Shown piece after piece: positions 1-15,801 of a stretch of 64,000 nt of DNA. The position numbers and the translations under genes are program-made. The DNA is from the human T2T-CHM13v2.0 reference genome, Homo sapiens. Numbering within the stretch: the stretch's first letter is position 1; each line of letters starts with the position of its first letter. The stretch lies in NCBI RefSeq assembly GCF_009914755.1, contig NC_060927.1, one strand, 5' to 3'. The notes beneath the pieces were generated by a model. The model saw only the letters and a list, made by a program, of their open reading frames with translations. It was not told the DNA's origin and searched no databases.

Positions 1-149
1 TGGGATTTGCGTGATGTCAAGTATTGTTGACTTGTGAGGGTTCAGGAAGGTCACCACTGCAGCGTGCTCCCAAGGAAGGCCAGGAAACAGGCTCCCTGAA
101 ATTGTTTAAGGCGAAGACAGACACAAACTACCCGGGAAGATGTTAGCAC

Positions 150-400
150 ACTTGGGCAGCATATGGCTAGCAGACACATTCTGTTTGGCATGAAAGGGTT
201 TTTAAGTCTTTGGGTTTGTTTCCAATGTTTAAAAATTAGGATATTTCACATGAATATTCAGATTCACAATTCTCTTGAAAAGTTGGAAGATTGTTGACAC
301 TGTATCTACATTCCTGCCCAACAACATGTGGCTGGAGGTGAGTGGTCACTGTCCCTTTTGAAGTCAGGCAGTGTTTGCCAGTTTGCTTCAGTCCCCGCCT
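150..400. mobile_element. Old hAT-Charlie MITE fragment (MER102-like)
   Basis: gatatttcacatgaatattcagattcacaattctcttgaaaagttggaagat resembles the MER102/103 consensus as I recall it. Confidence 0.5.
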
Positions 401-989
401 GGCTCCTGCAGGATTTCAGTTTGTGACCCTTGTTTTAGGATTTGCCTGGTCACTTACAGGAGTAACTTGCTTTGGTTGCTGTTTAGGTCGACTTCACTTT
501 TTAACTTCCTGGAGTATTTTCCTTTCTCAGAATTTGAATCTCGGGCATGGAGGCTGCTCTCGGAACAAAGGTGTTACACTTGCTGCTGTGTTATTTCGTT
601 CTGGCATTGAACCTGTTGCCATAGAACCATAGACCTCTCCAGAGGGAACTTACTTTGGAGAATAGCTTGTCCACTTGCCTCTTTTAGGAACTAAGGCTCA
701 GAGAGGCCAAGTGACTTGTTCAAGGTCACACAGCAACTTGAGACAGAGCCAAAACTGGAACCAGTTCTCGTACTTTTCCTACTATCTTTCAGCCTCTTCT
801 GGGGTGCTCATTCATGATATTGCATGACCCAAAGAAAGAATATAATTTCCCAGGTCATTGTGCAATCTTTTCACCTTGGAAAAGTTTGAACATTTGGAGG
901 CCTGTGGGGCATGGCTGTCTGCTCTCCAAGATGACCCCTGGTCACGGAATGCAGTGTTCAAAGCTAGTTTCTGATACCATCTGTTGATT

Positions 990-1215
990 CTAAGAGCCTT
1001 GAACTGGGAGTGAGGCCAGCGAGGTTCTAGTCTATCTCTGCCTCTTACCAGCTGTGTGAGCTTGGGCAAGTTTCCTCACCTCTCTGAGTCAGAATTTCCC
1101 AAGTGAAAGACAGGAGTGCCTGCCTCACAGGATGTTATCATGATCACAGGACAGAACAAAAATTAAAGTTCTCAGAAAAATGTAAAAAGTTAGATAAATG
1201 CAAGTTACTATTATG
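990..1215 (+). mobile_element. MIR SINE
   Basis: Core ctctgcctcttaccagctgtgtgagcttgggcaagtttcctcacctctctgag. Confidence 0.75.
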
Positions 1216-2244
1216 GGCTATTAAGCTGAGATATTAGAGACTCTCAGAATTCTCTCTTTTCACAGGTGAGAAAATGGAGGCTCAGGAAACAGGGTCATCC
1301 AGCCAGTGACCAGTTCAGATTAGCAAGCAGGTCTCCTGTCCTCGCTGCCACAGCCACAGTTGGAATCACGGATCTCAGTTAAAGCCATCTGGCCCCAAGC
1401 ACGTGGGCAGCTGGTCATGGGGTGAAATGGGAAATGCCCTAACCTCCCCTTACAAGAGTCTGTGGAAGCAGAGTCCCAGCCTCAGGAACAGAATCATTAA
1501 ATCCTGCTCATTTTAAGGGCAGAGGCAGAGAGGGAAGGAAGGCTCTGTCCCTCCTCATCCACCCAAGACTGGGATTCTGGGTAGCACTGACTCAGAAGAG
1601 GCTTGGAGACCCCCAAGAGCAGGCCCCCGCACTTGCTGGTGGCTGATTCCCAGCCTGTGGGCATGGATTTGGGAGGAATTACACTGTGCAAATGAACACG
1701 GTTTTTGCAGACTTGTGGGACCTGCCAGCTCTCTCAGTTTAACTAGATCTCTGCAGTGACACCCAGGCATGTTCCGCATTAAATCAGAGCTGGTAATTTC
1801 AGAGGGAAACAGCTCTGAAATGGCATGAAAGACAAAAATCTGTTCCTTGCAAAATGACACCATATGTGCCTGCATTGCTGCAGTTAGGGTAAAAGGCTTT
1901 TCCTCCCTCGGTGACTCATCAAGCTGCCGATGTTAATGTCAGATTTGCAACAGAACCATATACTAATGGAACCCAAATTAGCTCTAAAATTAGCTCTTAA
2001 CAAGAAACTCAAGGCCAGCTCAAGGCAAGCAGATTTCTCTGACTGTGAGAGACAGAAAGCACTTTAGCAAAGCAGCCACATATTGATATTCTCAAGCTTC
2101 AAAAAAGATCACTCTTTGCTCCGAGTGAATTGCCCAGGAAGAATTGTGCACAGCCTGCTGTCTGCCTATGCGTCAAGAATGTAGCAGCCAACCTGCAGTT
2201 GTAAGGAAACCTTCCACAAAACAAAGAAGCTATTGAGAGCTTAG

Positions 2245-2859
<615 letters not shown>

Positions 2860-4289
2860 TAACAGGTCTCAGTCTACCCAAGTTTTTGCTGCTCCTGACG
2901 GCTCGGCAAGCCCCTCAAGGGCCCCGGCGGGAATTTGGAAGTCAATGAGTCAGCACTGTGAAGGCCACTTTGTTTTTGGAGTTTACTCCAGGGTTTGTGG
3001 ACCAAGGCTGAGAAGGGGCGGAGGGTGTAGGAGGTAGGATGGGTGATTAGAGCCACTGAAACCTACCCAAGAGGGAAAAAAGGATTAAGAAAATAAAGAT
3101 GCAGCTGGGGAGTAGGAGGAGGAAGATGGCATTAGTTTAGGGGCAGCTGGCTTGAATTAGGCACCTCCCATCGGGAAAAATGCATCCAACTCTTGTGGAT
3201 GAAACATTGACATTCCCTTGCACTCAAGGAAGCAGTGCACTCCTGTTTGGCTAAGGAGTACCTCTGAACCTGACGTTTTGGGGCATGTGAGTTCCATTTA
3301 GTTTCACACTCTCACCACTGAGCATTTTTGGTTGGGCATTGGGGTTGGCTGCACTGAATAAGCCCTCCTCTCAGTCTACTGGGATGATAAAATAGGTACA
3401 GAGATAACCGAAATATAAGCTAGTGGGGAGGAGTGCTCTGAGGAAGGACCCAAGAAACTGCTCTGGGGCTACAGATGAAGGAGAGATCAGTTTTATGTTG
3501 CATCAGGAGGAGTCCTCACGGAAGAGGTGGCATCTGAACAGGGCCTGGAAGGATGAGTAGCAATAAGTTATGGGACCTTTAGACCAGTGGAGATCATTAA
3601 CCCAACATACAAACAAGTCCCTCTGGGACTCAATCCATTCTGGCCATGACTCAAAGCCAGGCTGAGCTTTCCTCTCCAGCTGGCTCCCTTCTCTTGAAGT
3701 GTGCTAGAGAAGAGGCAGTGAAGCAACAAGACACAGGGCAAGGACAAGTCTGGCAACCCAGGGTTGCTCTGGATGAAGGTGAGAACAGGGGAGCAGAGAC
3801 AGCGTGTCCTTAGACAAAGTCCTGGGTGGAAACGAACACTGAGCCTGCCAATGCAAACAGCAGCAGCAGCAGCCACCGATGGCTCATGACTGTGCCTTCC
3901 CAGAGCGACTGACAACCTGCCTGTGATTCCTCTGTTGCCTCTTCCTTCTGTCCCTAGGCTTCAACCTGGCAATTAACCCCTTCATTTAGGGGCAAAGAGA
4001 AGTCAAACTTAATCAGTTTTCTGACAGCTCTGATACTGAATTACAACAGATTACTTAGAAAGATAAGAAGTCGAGATATTTATTTGCATAGTTGACTCCT
4101 ACAAAATGATAGTTTTTTGGACTTTGCAATCACACACGAAGAGTTTCTAGGATTACTATGGGGTGTGATTCAGTTTCAGGGTTGCAGTTGAACCATTGCT
4201 GACAAATGGCACCCCTTCATTAAGACCCATTTGTCTCCCACTCTGTCCCTCCCGCTGGGTAACTGTGGAACAACGGAAACTCTAAGCCT

Positions 4290-4580
4290 GGATGAAGAGA
4301 TGTTGGTTAATGGGTGCAAACATGCAGCTAGGTAGAAGGAATAGGCTCTATAGTTCAGTAGCATAGTAGGTGACTAACAATAACTTATTACACATTCCAA
4401 AATAGCCAGAAGAATTGGAATGTTCCTAACACAAGGAAATGATAAATGGTTGAGGTGATGGCTATCCCACTTACCCTGATTTGATCATTACACATTGCAT
4501 GCATGTATCAAAATATCACAGGTACCTCATAAATATGTACAACTATTATGTATCAATTAAAAATTATCTAAAAATAAAAT
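4290..4580 (+). mobile_element. L1 3' end (L1MA-type)
   Basis: taccctgatttgatcattacacattg...aaatatgtacaactattatgtatcaattaaaaa, typical L1MA 3' terminus. Confidence 0.85.
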
Positions 4581-5431
4581 TCACCATTTTAACTATTTTT
4601 AAAAACCTCTGTTTGTGAAGAAAAATGATGGTGTTGTGGAAAAAGCTCTAGCTTGCATTGTAATCCAAGCTCAGCATGAAAAATTGCTGTGTATCTGACT
4701 GATTCATTTAATTTCTTTGCATTTACCCTCTTGGGCAATGAAATGAAATGGTGTGTATAAATGCGCTCTGTGAAAGATACAGTACTATACAAGTGCTAGT
4801 TGTTAGTAATGATATATGTACCGCCTCACAGGGCTGTTATGAGTCTTCTTTAAGAGTGCTCTTCCAAAGAAAGTTATTGTCAGAAATTCTAGAATCTTCT
4901 AGCTTCAGAAAGAAGTGCAGCTGCAATAAAGGTTTATCGAATTATCAACAACTGAAGGAAAAAGTAAAGCCCAGAACACATTGTATTAGGTTAACTAGAA
5001 TCACAACTGGCAGAAACATATTTCTTATTAAATAAAAAAAAAATCTCTTCAGTGAGACAAATGTCAAGTTCTCTAATGATGTTTATAAATCAATTTTTAA
5101 GACGAATAACTTGCTATCATAATCACTCATTTTTCCTGGCACTGCTTGGCAGGACAAATCTCATAAATGCACAACCTTTCGTGTCAGTACAAATAGATCC
5201 ATCTTCTCTGATTATCTCTACAGTTTAGGACCTGCAGTGCAAAGATACCAACATTAGCGGGCATGGGCTTTATTTGTATCTTTTTCTAAATTGGCCAAGA
5301 GCTTCATGGGGTGGTTTGCAATAAACCTTACTCAATAAAACAAGCCCCCTTCGAATATATCTCTCGAACTCAAGAAAAGGACTCCCAATTTTTTTAAAAA
5401 ACAACAACAAAACTTGTACATAAATGGAAAG

Positions 5432-5832
5432 TGTATTAGTTCGCTGAGGCTGCCAAAACAAAGTGCCACAAATTGCATGGCTGAAACAACATAAATTTAT
5501 TTTCTCACAGTTCTGAAGGCTAGAAGTCTGAGATCAGGATGTTGGCGGGTTTGGTTTCTTCTGAGGCCTCTCTACTTGGCTTGCAGACGGCCACCTTCTC
5601 GAGGGTCGTCACATGGCCTGTCCTTGGTGTGTGTGCACCCCTGCTGTTTCTTTGTGTGTCCGAATTTCCTCTTATTATAAGGACAGCAGTCAGATTGGAT
5701 TAGGGCCCACCCTAACAGCCTCGTTTTAACTTAATCAGCTCCTTCACACCCCTAGCTCCAAATAGAGTCACATTCTTAAGTACTGGGGATTAGGGCTTTA
5801 GCTTATGAATTTGGGTGGACACAATTCAGCCT
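5432..5832. mobile_element. MaLR solo LTR (MLT1A/B-like)
   Basis: tgtattagtt...ggctgccaaaacaaagtgccacaaa...tttattttctcacagttctgaaggctagaagtctgagatcagg...gacacaattcagcc. Confidence 0.85.
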
Positions 5833-7317
5833 ATATGAGGAAGAGAGTATCTGTGTAACCTCTGATGAAACAAAATGCCCATGGATATCATCCACTAGAC
5901 CAGTCAAAGACAACTCACTCAGACCCTTCTCTTGCACAAATTGCATGCCCCGGTCACATGTGTTTTGCCCACCCGTGGGGCTGTGTGTGGCCCATGCATG
6001 GGCACAAACAGCGCAATGCAGCACCCTCCCGTCAAAGCGGCCCCATGGGAAGGCGGTGGGGCTTATCTGTCAAGGTCAAGGTCAGCTGTGCTGGCATCTG
6101 AACAGCAGCTGCTGAAGCAGTGGGAAGCAATGGGGATAGGGCGGAGAGGACCATGAAGCTTTTCCACAAACCCCGTGGGTTCTCCTCCCCCTGATAATTT
6201 TTTTTTTTCTAAAGGAATTTATCCTAGCTAGTTATGAAATCAGGAAGCCAACCTAGAGTTTCTGGAGACCTGATCCCTTTCCCCCAGCCCCAAATCTAAT
6301 AGACAACATCAGATGGGGAGGACAGAGATAGAAAACATTGTCTCCTTAGCAATAGCCTCTGCCCTTTCCGATTTCCAAAGAAATCCACAAAGCAAAACAA
6401 ATGTGCTCAAACACCACCTCACCCCACCCTGCACATGGGAGGCCTGGGCCCTGCAGTCTGGAAGCTTCCTGATTTTCCTGTGGGAACAGTGGGTGTGCTT
6501 TGAGGCATGCTCCAGAATGCCTGGAATTTTCCACCTGTGGCCCTCCCTGCCAGCTACAAGCCTAGGCCAGAGTGACAAACAGAACCAAGGGAAGCATAGC
6601 TTTTAGTCTAATGCACAAGGATCATGCAGAGACTCAGAACTAAATCAATCACGACAATGATCAGAACTATGGTGTGCCTTCTATGTGCCAGGCATTCACA
6701 TGTATGATACAATTCAACCCTCGTCCCTGCCACCATGAGGCTGAGACCTTTACCTTCATTTTACAGGTCAGGAGGCCCAAATTCAGCAAGGCTCAGCAAC
6801 TTGCTTCTTCAACCTCAACACCAGAGTCTGTGAGTGGCAGAGCTGGGGTTCGAACCAAAGCTAGGACATCTCTCCTCCACACTATGCTGACTGCCCTGTG
6901 CCCAAGCCACAAATAACATAGAGCCATGGGACCCACAGGGCCACAGTCACTGAAGTCAGCACCAGATGGTTCTCTTCTGCCTCTGCCAAGTGTAGCCTCA
7001 GGACTTAGCACATGGAAGGCTTTCAACAAAGGGGAATTGAACTGAAGTATCACTAGGTCATGACACAAGCCACACAGGTCATTGGGGCAAAGGCCAACAC
7101 CCTGATTCTGAACAAAGGTACTGATCGGAGGCCCAGGGGAGCCCTTGCTGGATGAGTAGAGTGCTGGCCTGTCAGCCACAGAGGGGTGCTCAGCTTTGGT
7201 CCCGCAGGGTGAGGGGGCAAAGCAAGTGAAAAAAAAAACATATTTCCAGGCCCTGAAGGAATGAGCTACGGTGCCACTCTTCTTCCCCCTTTCCAGTGAG
7301 TGGTGCTTAACCCAGGG

Positions 7318-7713
<396 letters not shown>

Positions 7714-8844
7714 TAACACTGTCCCTGTGTTCTTCTGGACAAATCGTTCCCCATCATTTGCCTTTTGCTTCCTTGGCTGCCAAACTGGGCCAATAGTGCT
7801 GACCACATTTTCCCTTGGGGGAAAGCAGAAAGTGTTTACATCCAGCAGAGCTCAGAACTCCTGGAGAAAAGTGCTGGATAAACATGGTACCTGTACCACT
7901 CAAATGGAATCCCGCGTTGTTTTTACTTTCACTGCCAAGCTAAAAGTATGTTGCATTTCAAATTTGTCCTCTAAAGCTTTAAAAGCCTTTTTCATTTCCT
8001 GAGTGCTTTGGGAAGGAAGGTACTAATCTGTTTTAGAAAACAGTGTATTTTCTCTTTTGGAATTTGGGATCTCTCAATCTAGTCATTAATTTCTACTTAC
8101 AGACCCTCTTCCTTGGCACGTGTCCATCCAAAGGTTATAGAAACACTATTAATCTAGGGGGAAGTTCTGCCTCAGCCTTTCATCCTCATGGAGAGCAAGT
8201 ATTTGTAATTCCTCCTTTTTTAAAGAAATCTAAACTCACTTCTTCCTTGAAGACCTTTCTAAATAGCTATTGATCTTCCCCACCTTGGGTCGGCCATTAG
8301 TGCTGGGTCCTCAGGAGTGCTTTAATGCCTTGCCTTTATTTGGGATTCTATTTGCTCCCTGAGGCCCTCTGGGGGTCTGCCTCCCAGTTAAGGATGAGCA
8401 GGTCCCAGCGGGCTTTCCGGTGGGTCGCAGCACAGCCACATCTCAACCCAGGCCAGACGGTGGGGAAGTGAGCTCGCCTGAAGCCCCCACTGCCTCCTAG
8501 CATCTCCACCCACGGCCGGGTTCCATCTGGCTCCTGCTTTCGGTGGTTTGCCAGCAGGCAGGCACCTGTGAAGAGCTAACTGGTAACTAAGGGGACAGCT
8601 GCTTGTAATAAGATGCAGGACTGCCCTTGCACCCTTGAACCAGACCCCTCTCAGGAACCTGCAGGTACTCTTTGGCCTCTCCAAAGGCCGCTCGTTTCAG
8701 TCCCTCCTTCTCTCCCTTGACAACTCCATGTAGGTGCCAACAAGCCAACAAAACCAACAAACTTCACCTGAGCCCAGCCCAACAGTGTCTCACCTCAAGG
8801 CCACACCATTCACCACTGGTCATGAGGCTTCCCTGTTGACCCTG

Positions 8845-9522
<678 letters not shown>

Positions 9523-9830
9523 CCCTGACACATAAAGGCCCTGTGGCTTGGCTGGTGTTCATGGATGTGTAATCCAGAAGAGTGGAGTCTTTGTGCCCCA
9601 TGCACCAAATATCTCCAGTAGGAGATAGGGGCCAGCAGAAAAAGTATCTTTTCCTCTCCAGACCAAGGAGTGTTTGATATGGTTGTTTTATGGCTGCTCA
9701 GAAGATGGCTTCATGAAATGTGCAGTTGTGGTCAATATCAAGTTGTGGCCAGCTTGAAGACATGCCCTTCTGATATATATATATATATATCTCCTGTCCT
9801 TCATAAGGATATGAGCTTGTTAGAAGGTCA

Positions 9831-10524
<694 letters not shown>

Positions 10525-11697
10525 TCAGAAGAAAAAGGCCCAGACAAGTGTCTACTGAATTTCCTTGTTTTTCAGAAGGAAAAGAGAAAAAGAGGTAAAC
10601 AAGTGGCCAGAATGTTTCTCTGAGCATCCCAGGACGATGCAAACCTCACTTCCCTTTACCTCAGACCCCTGGTTTGAATCCTGAAGCCAACCTCAGGGGG
10701 GTTGTCACTCATTCTGACCACCAATACTTTCGTGTGTTCTGGGCCTCCCCAGCCCTGTTCCTTGCCCTCCCTCTTCCTCTGTGTGGGTGTGCCCTCCTTC
10801 TCCCCTGTCTCTACATGTCCAAATACTATGTATTCAAGACTCAGAACAAAATGCTAGCTCCTCCAGGAAGCCTTCCTGGGTTCTCGAATTGGACATGATC
10901 TCTCCATCCTCAGTCCTTTTCCTTCCTAATTTCCCTGCCTCCTACGAGTGGGACTCTGGCCAATTTCCCTTAGTCAGTCAGGTAAAAGGCCCTGCTCGTG
11001 GTAGCTGGTCAGGAAATAAAGAAGAAAGGCAGGAAGGGTGGAAAGAAGGGGAGAAGGGAGACTCTACGGGCCCAGACAAGTGTCTACTGAATTCAGAACA
11101 TGGCAGGGTCAGCAGACGATTTTCCTTTCTTCTCCTTTGTGTGCACTTCTGGGGCTGCTAATGACAAGTCACAGCACAGAGTGTGAAATCTGCCGCTCTC
11201 CCAGGGGGCTCCGTCTCAGGTCATTCTCCTCACTGCTTCCCACTCCCTCACTGAAAAGCCTGCATCCAAAGCCCATTACTGGCTCCAGGGTGTGGACCTT
11301 GCAGGGAAGAACTGTGTAAGGACAAGACAAAGAGCAGGGCTGAGTGCCGAGTGCCCGGTCAGTGGGGAGGGGGATGTGCTGTGGGATGAGGAGCCCCTGG
11401 TTCCTCATCTCCTGGTTTTCTCCTCGTCCTCCCCGCCCAGCGAACACCCTCCTCACCCTAACCGTCTATCTTGTTGTTTCCTGTGAGTTTGGTGTTCTCT
11501 CCTTCCATTAAAGCTTCCATTAAACCTCTCTGAGGTTCAAGTCTCTGGTGGCCAGACCTATTGTCTTACACATTTAGACAATGCTCTTCTGCTCATGGGC
11601 AGCCATCAAATATATGTGTTGACTTATAAAAGATATACCATCTCTTTTTTTTTTTTTTTTGAGACAGTCTATATGTGTTGAGTTATTAAAGATAGAC

Positions 11698-12000
11698 TTT
11701 TTTTTTTTTTTTTTTTTTTTGAGACAGAGCCTCGTCTGTCACCCAGGCTGGAGTGCAGTTGCACGATCTTGGCTCACTGAACCTCCACCTCGCAGGTTTA
11801 AGTGATTCTCCTGCCTCAGCCTCCTGAGTAGCTGGGACTACAGGTGCCCACTACCATGCCCAGATACTTTTTGTATTTTTAGTAGAGACGGGGTTTCACC
11901 ATGTTGGCCAGGCTGGTCTTGAACTCCTGACCTCAAGTGATCCACCCACCTTGGCCTCCCAAAGTGCTGGGATTACAGGCGTGAGCCACTGCGTCCAGCC
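11698..12000 (-). mobile_element. Alu (S-type)
   Basis: Full dimer, reverse; tail region locally duplicated. Confidence 0.95.
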
Positions 12001-12142
12001 TATAAACCATTTCTTAATCCAAAGAGCTTGAAGTGCAAGGAGACCCTCCCCTGAAGGCAGGGCTGTCTCCTGGAGACATGGGTGAGGCATATTGGGGATT
12101 CAAGTGGCCGAGTCTTCTGCTTCATGCTGCCCAGGCATCCTG

Positions 12143-12645
12143 GAGAGCTGCCGGATGAAATAGAAGACACCCAGATAAATTTGAATTTCGGGTAAACAAT
12201 GAAAGTAGTATACGTTTATCCCATGCAATATTTGGGACATACTCATACAAAAAATTATTCATCATTTATCTGAAATTCATTTTAAGTGGATATCCTGTTT
12301 TTTGTTTGTTTGTTTGTTTGTTTTTGAGACAGGGTCTCCCTCTGTCACCCAGTCTGGAGTGCAGTGGTGCAATCATGGTTCACTATAGCCCCGACCTCCC
12401 AGGCTCAAGTGATCCTCCCACCTTAGTCTCCTGAGTAGCTGGGACTACAGGTTTGCACTACCATACCTGGCTAATTTTGTTTATTTTTTGTAGAGACAAA
12501 GTCTCACTATATTGCCCAGGCTGGTCTCAAACTCCTGGACTCAAGCAATCCTCCCATCTCAGCCTCCCAAAGTGCTGCAATTACAGGCGTGAGCCACTGT
12601 GCCTGGCCCATCCCGTATTTTTATTTGCTTAATCTGGCAACCTTT
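12143..12645. mobile_element. MER53-like palindromic hAT MITE interrupted by an Alu
   Basis: cccagataaatttgaatttc...cccatgcaatatttgggacatac...tttatctgaaattc...atttttatttgcttaatctggcaacc. Confidence 0.8.
12298..12608 (-). mobile_element. Alu (J-type) inserted in the MER53
   Basis: J-type diagnostics (gctcaagtgatcctccc, ctcaagcaatcctccc); TSD-like atcc(t/c)gt flanks. Confidence 0.92.
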
Positions 12646-12840
12646 CCTTAGAGGCTCCTGGAACGCGCCGCTGCAGTCATTCCGGCGCACCCAGTTAGAG
12701 CTCCTGCTCTGGGCCACTGAGACCAAAGAGAAATGGTGTCAGCTGTGAGAAACTTGGTAAGTTTGTAGATTGTTGACTTATTCCCTCCAAACAATTTTGC
12801 AACTAAAAAAGAAGGAATACTTTTTTAGAATTCCTTTTAA

Positions 12841-13250
<410 letters not shown>

Positions 13251-14049
13251 CATACATTCTTTACTCTCAAGATTATTCCCCAAAACACCTGGACAGGAAG
13301 GTAGACAATCACCACCTGTTTCATAGTTGAGGCACCCAAGGCCCAGGGAGTTAAATGATTTGCTGACAGTCCCAGGAATAGTTACAGTGCAGCCAAAGCA
13401 GGTCCTGAGGCTTAGGCTCCTGGTTCAATGCTCCTCACTCCTGTACAGCTTGCCTCCTGCTCAGGCTATTGGACTCCAAGTTAATTAGGCAGCAAAGAAC
13501 TCTGGGAGGAGCTGAAAATGAGGGGAAGTGCCTGGAGAGGCTGGCATAGGGTGAGCAAAGCAGAATGGCATGTTTTAATTGATTTTTGATTGTGCCAACG
13601 ACTGCAGGCTCCTAGGGCAAGCAACTGCTGCTTCTGAGTCAGCACCCTTGCGTGAGGCTCAGCCTTCCCAGAGTGCAGGCATTGCTGGCTCTTTTTGTTC
13701 TCCCCCGAGCTCTTTGTGTGGGAAGTGGGTCTGTACAAAGCAGAAGGTTTCTTCTTTAATTGGCCAAACAGCTGGGAGCCTGGAGTCCTGGGAATACGGT
13801 CCAGGGTCACCTACAGCTCTCCCCATCCTTCCACCCAGCTTATCCTGGAAGCCCCAAGAGACGCAGCTCTGCTGATGCAGCTAGACACAGCTCCGAAGAC
13901 ACCACAGGAAGCTTTGGAAGCACAATACACTTTGTGAAGAAATTTGAAAACTTCAGTGCTACTTAGCAAGTTTCTTGGCATTAGCAGTTATCCAGGGACT
14001 CCCAGCGGGTATCTACCCAGCTGGAGAAAGAAATATTCCAACAGGAAGG

Positions 14050-14730
14050 AAGAAACTCTCCAATCTCACTGCAGGCCTGGATATTTGGAAAGATCTCATC
14101 ACCAGACAGGGTGAAGGACACTGGACTTTGACTTTTGGACTCACATAGCCAATGGCTTGCTTGGCGTCTTCACAAAGATATCTAACAAGCATCTCAACCC
14201 TAACAGAACTCTCGGTTCCTTCCCTCTCATCCCCAACATACGCCCCCACTAATGTTCCCCATTTCAATAAAATAAATGGTTTTGGCTTAAGCCAAAAGCC
14301 TAGACTCCTCCTCGATTCCTCTCTTTCTCACATCTCCACAGCCAACCTATCGGCAAGACCTTCTGGCTCAGCCATCACAAGGTATCTCGAATCTGTCCAC
14401 TTTCACTCCTTCTTCATTGCTGCCATGTGCTTCCAAGCCACCAGCATCCATTCAAACAACTCAGTTAGGTCTGTCCGTGGCCACCCTGGCTCTATGACAA
14501 CCCATTTTCCCATACAGCATCCCGAGACCCTAGGCGACCTGGCTGCTGTCTACCTCTCCCACAATGAGCTTCTCTTCCTTCAGGTAAGAACTGGAATGTT
14601 ACATGACCCTGTTCAATTTCATCAGTGTACTTAGAAGAATCAGCCATTTTAATACTCGTTCATTTGTGTTTGTTGTCACGCCTCCCTCATTTGATGAGGG
14701 TGGACCATGTCTTATTCTCTGCTAATTTGC
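14050..14730. mobile_element. L2 LINE fragments
   Basis: ccaaaagcctagactcctcctcgattcctctctttctcacatctccaca..., typical L2 3' region. Confidence 0.6.
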
Positions 14731-14737
14731 CAGTTTG

Positions 14738-15282
14738 CATGTATGTTCATTTCCCAGGGCACAGTAACAAAGTACCACGAACTAGGTGGCGTAAGATGAT
14801 AGAAGCTTAAGCCAGGCATGATGGCACGCATCTGTAGTCCCAGCTACTCAGGAGGCTGAGGCAGGAGGATCTCCTGAGCTCAGGAATTTTAACTTAAAAA
14901 AAAATTTATTTCTTGCAGTTGTAGAGGTTAGATGTTGGAAATCAGGGTGTTGGTGGAGCCATCCCCTCTCTGAAGCCTCTAGGGTAGGATACTTCCTTGT
15001 CTCTTCTAGCTTCTGGTAACTGCAGGCTTTCCTTGGCTTGTGGCAGCATAAATCCCATCTCTGCCTCCATCTTCATATGGCAATCTTCCCTCTGTATGGA
15101 TGGCTCTGTCCCTTCTCCTCTTCTTATGAGGACGCCCAACCATATTGGAGTCAGGCCCGCCCTGCTCCAGCATTACCTCATCTTAACTTGATTACATTGG
15201 CAAAGACTGTATTTCCAAATAAGACAAATTCACAGGTACCAAGAGTTAGGGCTTTTGGCGGGGATACAACTCAACCCATAAT
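14738..15282. mobile_element. MaLR LTR (MLT1-type) containing an Alu monomer at ~14810-14904
   Basis: agggcacagtaacaaagtaccacgaactaggtggc ... ctcatcttaacttgattacattggcaaagactgtatttccaaataag. Confidence 0.8.
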
Positions 15283-15764
15283 AATGTAGCATAGTAGACC
15301 TCAAAAACCATTTTAGAAATGAAGGAACAGTTTCAGTCAATAAAAATACAGTGAGCTCACTTCCAGAGCAGCAAATACAAGAACTTGGGGCTCAACATGC
15401 AGGTAGAAGGAAGACTGAGACTGTATAAAGCCTAAGCAACTCACTGGAAAGGGACATCCAAAGTAACCAGTTATTTGGCATTGCACGATTTTTTAGGCTC
15501 TTAGAACTGAATTTAAAATTTTTCCTAGTGATCTCAAAACACTAGCCATCAAGGCAGCCTGTAGCTTATAAATGCCTCTAACGATACCCTGTCTTTGGCT
15601 CTTCACAGAGGAGTGGGCATGTGTAATGGCTGAAGATACAAAAACGCTGAGAAATGATGTGACTTTCCTAGGAAATGGCAGGGCTGGGATGGGGACCCAA
15701 GCTAGGCTGACTCCAGAACTTGGGTATTCAGAAAGGAAAGTGATTCTATACATAGATTCCATTA

Positions 15765-15765
<1 letters not shown>

Positions 15766-15800
<35 letters not shown>

Positions 15801-15801
15801 C
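15766..15801. repeat. (CA)n microsatellite
   Basis: Direct reading. Confidence 0.9.
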
